Notes under the pieces: generated by a model
Database searches by the model: none
Told to the model about the DNA's origin: nothing
Seen by the model: the letters and a program-made list of their open reading frames with translations, nothing else
Position numbers and translations under genes: made by a program
Assembly: GCF_037042905.1 (NCBI RefSeq)
Contig: NC_087252.1
Span: 11,286,001 to 11,350,000, forward strand
DNA from: Lytechinus pictus
Taxonomy: Eukaryota
DNA: 64,000 bases
Direction: 5' to 3'
Shown here: positions 54,604 through 64,000 of the stretch, piece by piece
Layout of the letters: every line of letters begins with the position of its first letter
How positions within the stretch are numbered: the first letter of the stretch is position 1

Positions 54604-55054
54604 TACCGTGTTTACACTTGATCGGCTTTTGGTTCAGAACCAAAAGCCGATGCAGAATCGGCTTTTGGTTTATCTTGCACTGCTGTTACAGCTAGCAGTG
54701 CAAAATCGCTTCGCGTGTCAAAAACTTGAATTGATGCGCACACTAACAATATACGTCATAATAAAGACAATGCTGGATCCGTGCGCTTACAATTACGTCA
54801 CAATGGTAAAGTAAATGAAATGCGCACCCATTGGCAATGCAGAATAAGTTTTCTGTTTACACGTAGTAAAAAGGCCAATTCTGCATCGGCTCGCGGCTCA
54901 GAACCTACTACTTTGGTGGTGCAAATTGCCGATTCTGAACCGCGAGCCGATGCAAGTTAATCATGTTTACATGCTATGAAAAATCCGATGCTGCATCGGC
55001 TCGCGGTTCAGAACCGCGAGCTGATGCAAAAGCCGACTAAGTGTAAACACGGTA
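54604..55054. mobile_element. MITE with TACCGTGTTTACACTT terminal inverted repeats
   Basis: 16-bp perfect TIR; internal GCATCGGCTCGCGG/GAACCGCGAGC repeats; TSD ambiguous. Confidence 0.82.
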
Positions 55055-55139
55055 TATATTTCCATTGGAAATATTTGTTGTAACTTTCAAAAGGAGGGAC
55101 ACTCTTGTGTAAAGACGCCATATTTACATTAAACACATT

Positions 55140-55542
55140 GGCCCAAATTCACAAAGGTGGTTTTGAAAACCCACGGTTGAGTGCATGGTTTATGCAGATT
55201 TCCTGTATAAATTACGCTTAATTTAGCACGTATCTGGCGCGTGTATAAAAAATGTCCAATTCTGATGCGCGCTTTTGTCGCAGTGCACTAAATTGACGCC
55301 TGTTACCATGGTTAGACACGCTATTTTATTCATGAGTCCACTGTTTGAATAGTGGACTCGTGAATAAAATAGCGTGGATAACCACAGCAACATGCGTCAA
55401 TTTGGTGCACTGTGACAAAAGCGCGCATCAGCATTGGACATATTTTGATATACGCGGTAAAATAAGCGTAATTTATACAGGAAATCTCCATAAACCATGC
55501 ACTCAACCGGAGTTTTAAAAACCACCTTTTTGAATTCGGGCC
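55140..55542. mobile_element. Fully palindromic Harbinger-like MITE (~200-bp stem)
   Basis: GGCCCAAATTCACAAAGGTGGTTTT pairs with AAAACCACCTTTTTGAATTCGGGCC; TSD ATT; centre GAGTCCACT..AGTGGACTC near 55350. Confidence 0.9.
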
Positions 55543-56042
55543 ATTGACTATTGGTCTCAAGGGGGGGGGGGGGCACAGGTCAATTGTGCCCATTCGGATC
55601 CGCTACTGTGATTGTCAATACCAAGAAAATCATATTGAATGTTATCAATTAATTGATTACCTTTTGAAAACTGCTGCTCTGGAAATATGATTTCAGATCA
55701 TTCTTTTTCTATTAGATAATTTTCTCTTGCTTATCTACATGATTGATGATCCAAACACGTTATGCAGCAGAGTAACTGTGTTATATTGATCTAGATATTT
55801 CCAGCATGCACACACAGAAAATCTTGGGTGGGGGAACTTTATTTCTGTGACATCAATGTCAAACGTATTCCCAAGTGAATTTGCTGCATATGTTGAAATA
55901 AAAATGATAATGATGCTGTATATGAGTGAATCATTGAATTTTTTAGCTTAAAGGAAGTTTTACTATATTAGTAAATTATATTTTTGTTTGTATCTGCACA
56001 TGCATATTTTCCAACGCTCAAATTGATTTTATTTCATTTAAG

Positions 56043-56159
56043 ATTGGACGACGGATACACTGGATGATAATGTAGATGGTCCAGGATTATCAGGGAAGGA
56101 TACTACAGATGCTGAACACAGAAAACCGTTTACAAGAAAACAACTGGAGTTTGTGAAAG
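56043..56159 (+). other. Candidate orphan internal exon, 117 nt, phase 1-1
   Basis: T-rich tract plus AG acceptor, AAG|GTAAT donor, open frame WTTDTLDDNVDGPGLSGKDTTDAEHRKPFTRKQLEFVK; no recognisable homology. Confidence 0.4.
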
Positions 56160-56625
56160 GTAATTGTGTAAGAATTCACTTCATTAGAAAAAATTGCAAA
56201 GCTTCATTAGATAAAACAGATTGTACTCCTGCAGTGGCATAGCTGAAAAACAACTTGTGAGGAATGGTAAAAATCCTGAAAAAGGCCAACTGTCATCCCC
56301 ATTTATAGGAGTACACGTCCTTTCTAACACCCCCCCCCCCCCCGGAAAAAAAATCAATATGCTGGCTGGGGGGGGGGGGGAAACTTTGGCCCCAGGTATG
56401 CATGTGGTATGGTATTTGTCATCATTTGGGCAACTTCCCATTTAATATAACAGGTTATTTTCTGCTCATCTATGGTTAAACATGAATCTCTTTATCATAT
56501 TGTACAAAATGTTTGGTTGATATTTGTTAATTGGTACTATTCAATTGAAGGGTGGTGTATAATGCAAATTTCTCGATATTTTAGAAAAAAAAATATATGA
56601 ATTTCTCAAGAAAGCTTGCACACAT

Positions 56626-56872
56626 TGATTGATTGATGTTTGATGTTTTGAACCTGTAGCTGACATACTGTCCTTTGCATTGTTTTCATCCTATATTCCT
56701 TATTACAGCTTCAAGGAATTAATCCTGCTGGGTACCCATTCACTTCACCTTGCTCGAGTGCAGCACAGTGTGGATAAATGTGTTGCTGAAGGAAAACACC
56801 ATTGCTAGGATTTGAACCCACGACCCTCTGTTTGAAAGGTGAGAGACAGAACCACTTGACCACGACGCACCC
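56626..56872 (-). mobile_element. tRNA-derived SINE
   Basis: Minus strand has an A box TGGTCAAGTGG and B box GGTTCAAATCC, a non-tRNA body (..GAATGGGTACCCAGCAGG..) and an (ATCA)n-like tail. Confidence 0.8.
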
Positions 56873-57527
56873 GCAATTTACAAGCTGATGTCATATCCCC
56901 ACTTGTTCTTTAGTATTTTATAACAAGAAGTCCTGTTTATTCACATTTTGACCTCCAAGAACTAAATAGTGGAGTGAAAATGTATTTAATGTGAACATAT
57001 GCATTGCTGGAAATCACTTCATGATATGTGGGACAAATCATACACACGTGTTTGAAAATATGAAATAATTATGGTTTCATTCTATTACATAAGCCTAACA
57101 AATATTCCTGACGATCGTGTGCACATTCCAGTAATATTTCCCAAAATGTTGCTAAACTTTCACATTAAAGACTTCGTTATCAGATTTTAATGAAATTGTC
57201 AACATTATGCTTTTCTGATTCATTCTCTTCTTACCTAAATCTCTCCTTTTCTCATGCTTTCACTCTATGGTCCCCTTCATTCTCCTTATCACTATGTTAT
57301 AGGTAAAATGTAACCGGTCGTCTAACCCATTTGATTGAAGGGTTAGGTACCCGGTACTCTACTCTAGGTACTCACATTTAAAAGTTATGTGATTCAAACA
57401 CAAAGTGTACATCAGACAAACAAAAAACAGTGAAAATTTCATCAAAATTGAATGAGTATTAACGAAGTTATGACGAATTAATGTTGTTTTTTTTTTGGTA
57501 AAACTGTTCTCTGCATGTCCTCATTAA

Positions 57528-58116
57528 AGGACAAGTCCACCCCAACAAAAAGTTGATTTGAATAAAAAGAGAAAAATCCAACAAGCATAACACTGAAAAT
57601 TTCATCAAAATCGGATGAAAAATAAGAAAGTTATGACATTTTAAAGTCTCGCTTAATTTCACAGAACAGTTATAAGCACATCCTGGTCTGTATGCAAATG
57701 AAGAGACTGATGATGTCATCCACTCACTATTTCTTTTGTATTTTATTACAGGAAATATGAAATATTCTAATTTTCTCCTCATTGTCAAGTGATACAACGA
57801 TTAATTCCTCCCTGAACATGTGGAATTAGCATTGTTTAATACTATATGGTTCAGTCAAGTTGGTCCTTATTGTCAAATCTATAAAAAATGAAATATTGTA
57901 TAATTCAAACAATAAAAAACAAAAGAAATAGTGAGGGACATCATCAACTTTCTCATTTGAGTTGTGCATATCACTGTTTTGTGAAAAATAAGTGAAACTT
58001 TAAAATGTCATAACTTTCTTATTTTAAATCCAATTTTGATGAAATTTTCAGCACTATGCTAGTTTGATTTTTCTCTATTTATTCAAGTCAGCATTTTCCT
58101 GGGGTGGACTTGACCT
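57528..58116. mobile_element. Kolobok-like MITE with TTAA TSD
   Basis: TTAA|AGGACAAGTCCACCCC ... GGGGTGGACTTGACCT|TTAA with long imperfect internal inverted repeats. Confidence 0.9.
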
Positions 58117-58495
58117 TTAATAAACAAGATCCCAATTTATATATTTTTTTGTATTATATGAATTCAAATTTTGTCAGCTAGGTTGTAAGAATTTACGATT
58201 GACTACTGATTTACTGTGTAAGACAATAATCTTATTTTTTCTCACACATAGTTAAGTAATTCATCTGATTCAACACAACAAAAATAGACAAAAAAGAAAT
58301 AAGTGGGTATCTTGTATATATTATTTTCTATATATTTTGTAAAATGTTAGAAAAAGAGGTCTCTAATTTTTCTTCTATTTTTTCAGTGTTCCAAATTGAA
58401 TTATTTCTTTTTCCTATTTTCATTATATTTTCTTTCTATTTGTGATATATCACTTATTTCTTTATGTATCTTTATTGTATTTATGATAAACTTTT

Positions 58496-59028
58496 GGCGT
58501 GTTTCTACAGAAATCATTAAAAAAACGGTTTATCTTTACCCGATTCGAAAAAACCTTATCGCCCTTAAACCAACCTGTTTCTACAGACCGAATAATCTGA
58601 TTAACTCGCATTTTGCGTCACAAATACGGCGGAAATCGGAAAATTCAACCTATAACCTCACATTGCATCTTGATAGGGAAATTTTCAAAATTTATGGTAG
58701 ATCTCACTCAGTGTAGCAGGTATACACATTGCGCGATTAGCTGGCGAGATCGAAAAGGCCAGAATATATGCATACTGCGAAATTGCACTTCCGGGTTCAA
58801 GCACTTCCGCCAGACACAATATTCTATTTTGCCCCGTGTTTTTACAGAAAAGTTAAACGGATTAACATGGCAATAACCACCTCTCAGAGATGGTTATGAC
58901 AAACCGTATTTTGCGCGATGCAGTTTATCAATAAACCGCATCGCGTCTGTTTTTTACAGGAAAGTTTTCCGGGATTCTGGATACTTACGCGTGTAATACC
59001 TTTTAACGATTCTATGTAGAAACACGCC
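58496..59028. mobile_element. MITE with GGCGTGTTTCTACA terminal inverted repeats
   Basis: 14-bp perfect TIR (TGTAGAAACACGCC at right); possible TTT TSD if one further terminal base is mismatched. Confidence 0.75.
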
Positions 59029-59759
59029 GTTTGATAATCTTTTTAGGTGAAAAGAAAATAGAGAACGATTTTGGGGTTCTTTTTTTGGGGGGGGTACTAT
59101 TTTCCCCCTTTTGGGGATATTTCATTTCTTCTCGGTTTGGTACCCTTTATTCATTTGGCGATGTGAAGGCTATCACACATTTTGAGTTTAATCTTCGAAA
59201 TTTGGTGTTCATTAGTTTGTCCAAACTCTGTCTTTCATGTATATTTGTTTATAGGAAGATTAACATAATATCTATGTGGAGTGCAATCATTGATCTCTTG
59301 TAGAGTCGCACAGTCACATGTATTCATAATACTGGTGCTTTCATGCCATACTTGTCAATACTCTTTTGTACTTAAACTTATTAGTAAAAAAAATGTTTTA
59401 TTAATGTATGCAGAACAGTGATTTTGCCAGGTACTCAATCCATGTAAAAAGCAATCAGAGAGAACAGGTTTATTCTTGGAAATGTTAGTCTTCATTTGTT
59501 GTGTTTTTCAATCAAACTCTGTCTTGATGCATGTTTATTTTTAGATACCAAGACTGATAGAATATAGATGTCAACGAGTAGCAAAGTCGTATATATTCAT
59601 TACATAACTTATTTGCTTTAATTATAAAGTCTATACTTGTGAATACTCTGCTATTTATGCTACTTAAACTTCTTATAGTAAAAACATTTTATTGACGTTC
59701 TTGAAATAACTGTTTTCATCATTTTTTTTCTTGTGCATACTTAATCCATTATTAAACCT

Positions 59760-60612
59760 ACCGTTAACCCCAGATATATGCTGTTCACCATTGGTCTACC
59801 ATTCACTGTACTTTGTTGGCCTACTATACATTGTACACCTTTGATCTACTGTCTATCATTCAGTGTAAACCATTGGTCTACCATTCACTGTACACATGTG
59901 GTCTATAGTGTATGGCCAATGGTGTAACTGTAAATTGAATGGTTGACCAATAGTAAAGAGTGTATGGTATGACAATGGTGTACAATGGTGTACAGTGAAA
60001 GGGTAGGCCAATGGTGTATGGTAAATGGTAGGTCAATGGTATACGGTGTATGACGAATGGTAGGTGAATGGTGTACGGTGAATGGTACGCGAATGGTGTA
60101 CGGTGAATGGTACGCGAATGGTGTACGGTGAATGGTACGCGAATGGTGTACGGTGAATGGTACGCGAATGGTGTACGGTGAATGGTACGCGAATGGTGTA
60201 CGGTGAATGGTGTATGGTGAATGGTAGGTCAATGGTGTACGGTGTATGGTGAATGGTAGGCGAATGGGGTACGGTGAATGGTAGGCCAATGGTGTCCAGT
60301 GAACGGTGGCTGAATGGTAAATGGTAGGCCAGTGAATGGTGGCTGAATGGTGAATGGTGGTCAATGGTAAACCTGTTTATAGTGGCCATATGGTAGATCA
60401 ATGGTGAATGGTGTTTGATCAATGGTATATGAATGGTAAATGGTGCTCATGAATATGGTAATAGTAACGTCCCAATTATTTAAATTAGTTTGAATGGTAT
60501 ACCATTGGGGCTTGAATGGTATACCATTGGTGTATGGTGAGTGCTGTGCGAATGGTATTCCAATGGTATATCAATGGTGTATGGTAAATGGTAGTCAATG
60601 GTATACCATTCA
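59760..60612 (+). repeat. AATGGT-rich right subterminal repeats including a 25-bp minisatellite
   Basis: GAATGGTGTACGGTGAATGGTACGC at 60066, 60091, 60116, 60141 and 60166. Confidence 0.92.
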
Positions 60613-60628
60613 ATTTTTTTTATAAGGG

Positions 60629-63600
60629 AAGGTCGGGGTGCATTGCCGAAAATATCGCGCGAGCTGTTATGGCGTGCTATATATTATGTACGTGTATTCC
60701 AACTATTCCACTTTGGTTTGGTAATAAATTCGCCGCTAATCGAAATCACCTTTTTATGTCTTGAAAATGAAGCAAATTGATCTTCATTAATCATTCCATC
60801 GATCTAGGGGTGAACATTGGTGCACAGAAAAGGGGGACGGGGTCTACGGTGCCCCGAAAGGTCGGGGTGCATTGCCGAAAATATCGCGCGAGCTGTTATG
60901 GCGTGCTATATATTATGTACGTGTATTCCAACTATTCCACTTTGGTTTGGTAATAAATTCGCCGCTAATCGAAATCACCTTTTTATGTCTTGAAAATGAA
61001 GCAAATTGATCTTCATTAATCATTCCATCGATCTAGGGGTGAACATTGGTGCACAGAAAAGGGGGACGGGGTCTACGGTGCCCCGAAAGGTCGGGGTGCA
61101 TTGCCGAAAATATCGCGCGAGCTGTTATGGCGTGCTATATATTATGTACGTGTATTCCAACTATTCCAGTTTGGTGGCCGGGGGCTGGTAATAAATTCGC
61201 CGCTAATCGAAATCAACTTTTTATGTCTTGAAAATCAGCGAAATTGATCTTTATTAGGCATCCCATCGATTTAGGGGTGAACATTGGTGCACAGAAAAGG
61301 GGGACGGGGTCTACGGTGCCCCGAAAGGTCGGGGTGCATTGCCGAAAATATCGCGCGAGCTGTTATGGCGTGCTATATATTATGTACGTGTATTCCAACT
61401 ATTCCACTTTGGTGGCCGGGGGCTGGTAATAAATTCGCCGCTAATCGAAATCACCTTTTTATGTCTTGAAAATAAGCGAAATTGATCTTTATTAGTCATT
61501 CCATCGATTTAGGGGTGAACATTGGTGCACAGAAAAGGGGGACGGGGTCTACGGTGCCCCGAAAGGTCGGGGTGCATTGCCGAAAATATCGCGCGAGCTG
61601 TTATGGCGTGCTATATATTATGTACGTGTATTCCAACTATTCCACTTTGGTGGCCGGGGGCTGGTAATAAATTCGCCGCTAATCGAAATCACCTTTTTAT
61701 GTCTTGAAAATAGGCGAAATTGATCTTTATTAGTCATTCCATCGATTTAGGGGTGAACATTGGTGCACAGAAAAGGGGGACGGGGTCTACGATGCCCCGA
61801 AAGGTAGGGGGTGCATGGACGAAAATGCTATGTATTATATACGTGTATTCCAACAATTCCACTTTGGTTTGGTAATAAATTCGCCGCTAATCGAAATCAC
61901 CTTTTTATGTCTTGAAAATGAAGCAAATTGATCTTCATTAATCATTCCATCGATCTAGGGGTGAACATTGGTGCACAGAAAAGGGGGACGGGGTCTACGG
62001 TGCCCCGAAAGGTCGGGGTGCATTGCCGAAAATATCGCGCGAGCTGTTATGGCGTGCTATATATTATGTACGTGTATTCCAACTATTCCACTTTGGTTTG
62101 GTAATAAATTCGCCGCTAATCGAAATCACCTTTTTATGTCTTGAAAATGAAGCAAATTGATCTTCATTAATCATTCCATCGATCTAGGGGTGAACATTGG
62201 TGCACAGAAAAGGGGGACGGGGTCTACGGTGCCCCGAAAGGTCGGGGTGCATTGCCGAAAATATCGCGCGAGCTGTTATGGCGTGCTATATATTATGTAC
62301 GTGTATTCCAACTATTCCAGTTTGGTGGCCGGGGGCTGGTAATAAATTCGCCGCTAATCGAAATCAACTTTTTATGTCTTGAAAATCAGCGAAATTGATC
62401 TTTATTAGGCATCCCATCGATTTAGGGGTGAACATTGGTGCACAGAAAAGGGGGACGGGGTCTACGGTGCCCCGAAAGGTCGGGGTGCATTGCCGAAAAT
62501 ATCGCGCGAGCTGTTATGGCGTGCTATATATTATGTACGTGTATTCCAACTATTCCACTTTGGTGGCCGGGGGCTGGTAATAAATTCGCCGCTAATCGAA
62601 ATCACCTTTTTATGTCTTGAAAATAAGCGAAATTGATCTTTATTAGTCAATCCATCGATTTAGGGGTGAACATTGGTGCACAGAAAAGGGGGACGGGGTC
62701 TACGGTGCCCCGAAAGGTCGGGGTGCATTGCCGAAAATATCGCGCGAGCTGTTATGGCGTGCTATATATTATGTACGTGTATTCCAACTATTCCACTTTG
62801 GTGGCCGGGGGCTGGTAATAAATTCGCCGCTAATCGAAATCACCTTTTTATGTCTTGAAAATAGGCGAAATTGATCTTTATTAGTCATTCCATCGATTTA
62901 GGGGTGAACATTGGTGCACAGAAAAGGGGGACGGGGTCTACGATGCCCCGAAAGGTAGGGGGTGCATGGACGAAAATGCTATGTATTATATACGTGTATT
63001 CCAACAATTCCACTTTGGTTTGGTAATAAATTCGCCGCTAATCGAAATCACCTTTTTATGTCTTGAAAATGAAGCAAATTGATCTTCATTAATCATTCCA
63101 TCGATCTAGGGGTGAACATTGGTGCACAGAAAAGGGGGACGGGGTCTACGGTGCCCCGAAAGGTCGGGGTGCATTGCCGAAAATATCGCGCGAGCTGTTA
63201 TGGCGTGCTATATATTATGTACGTGTATTCCAACTATTCCACTTTGGTTTGGTAATAAATTCGCCGCTAATCGAAATCACCTTTTTATGTCTTGAAAATG
63301 AAGCAAATTGATCTTCATTAATCATTCCATCGATCTAGGGGTGAACATTGGTGCACAGAAAAGGGGGACGGGGTCTACGGTGCCCCGAAAGGTCGGGGTG
63401 CATTGCCGAAAATATCGCGCGAGCTGTTATGGCGTGCTATATATTATGTACGTGTATTCCAACTATTCCACTTTGGTTTGGTAATAAATTCGCCGCTAAT
63501 CGAAATCACCTTTTTATGTCTTGAAAATGAAGCAAATTGATCTTCATTAATCATTCCATCGATCTAGGGGTGAACATTGGTGCACAGAAAAGGGGGACGG

Positions 63601-64000
63601 GGTCTACGGTGCCCCGAAAGGTCGGGGTGCATTGCCGAAAATATCGCGCGAGCTGTTATGGCGTGCTATATATTATGTACGTGTATTCCAACTATTCCAG
63701 TTTGGTGGCCGGGGGCTGGTAATAAATTCGCCGCTAATCGAAATCAACTTTTTATGTCTTGAAAATCAGCGAAATTGATCTTTATTAGGCATCCCATCGA
63801 TTTAGGGGTGAACATTGGTGCACAGAAAAGGGGGACGGGGTCTACGGTGCCCCGAAAGGTCGGGGTGCATTGCCGAAAATATCGCGCGAGCTGTTATGGC
63901 GTGCTATATATTATGTACGTGTATTCCAACTATTCCACTTTGGTGGCCGGGGGCTGGTAATAAATTCGCCGCTAATCGAAATCACCTTTTTATGTCTTGA
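60629..64000 (+). repeat. HOR array resumes in register and runs off the window end
   Basis: The interrupted 229-bp monomer completes, then units start at 61006, 62157 and 63537. Confidence 0.99.

Larger units (their letters stand above)
54503..55608. mobile_element. Older hAT-like MITE hosting two younger MITEs
   Basis: CAGGGATGGATCC ... GGATCCGCTACTG ends; TSD TGATTGCC / TGATTGTC (7 of 8 match). Confidence 0.7.
48755..60628. mobile_element. 11,874-bp non-autonomous EnSpm/CACTA-like DNA transposon inserted in the HOR array
   Basis: TIR CCCTTATAAAAA / TTTTTATAAGGG; the target CCCCGAAAGGTC is split as ..GAAA|element|AAGGTC, giving a 2-bp AA TSD. AATGGT-rich subterminal repeats at both ends; no transposase ORF. 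Confidence 0.93.

Noticed and set aside
56790..56872. tRNA gene on the minus strand
   Set aside because: A and B boxes are present but there is no clean cloverleaf, and it continues into a SINE body and tail.
48835..60422. ORFs in the AATGGT arms and a possible transposase in the 11.9-kb element
   Set aside because: Arm ORFs are repeat translations; no long ORF or transposase motif was seen in the interior.
22199..64000. More than 150 overlapping 61-aa ORFs suggesting a tandem gene array
   Set aside because: They start at TTG, overlap in two frames and simply reflect stop-free satellite monomers; the 229- and 208-bp monomers break them.

Overview
Gene-free, repeat-dominated animal DNA; the repeat landscape looks echinoderm/sea-urchin-like, which is an inference only. 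The window resembles a transition from pericentromere into a centromere-type satellite array. From 21886 to the window end there is a near-perfect higher-order repeat (HOR) of 1151 bp built from five monomers (229+238+238+238+208 bp). It has occasional 6-monomer (1380-bp) variants and an emerging 2302-bp super-period marked by one alternating SNP. The array is split at 48755-60628 by an 11.9-kb non-autonomous DNA transposon (CCC..GGG ends, 2-bp TSD) carrying nested MITEs, a SINE and a candidate orphan exon. From about 6.4 to 21.3 kb the same satellite lies on the opposite strand as a diverged monomer/dimer block interrupted by MULE-like, Foldback-like, hAT-like, EnSpm-like and LINE insertions, many with intact TSDs. 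The first 6 kb hold a 20-bp minisatellite, an unrelated ~235-bp tandem repeat inside a TTAA-type element, a 5'-truncated LINE and a Harbinger transposase remnant. I see no intact protein-coding gene; the many 61-aa ORFs are satellite artefacts. No new enzymatic system is visible, and the novelty is structural.
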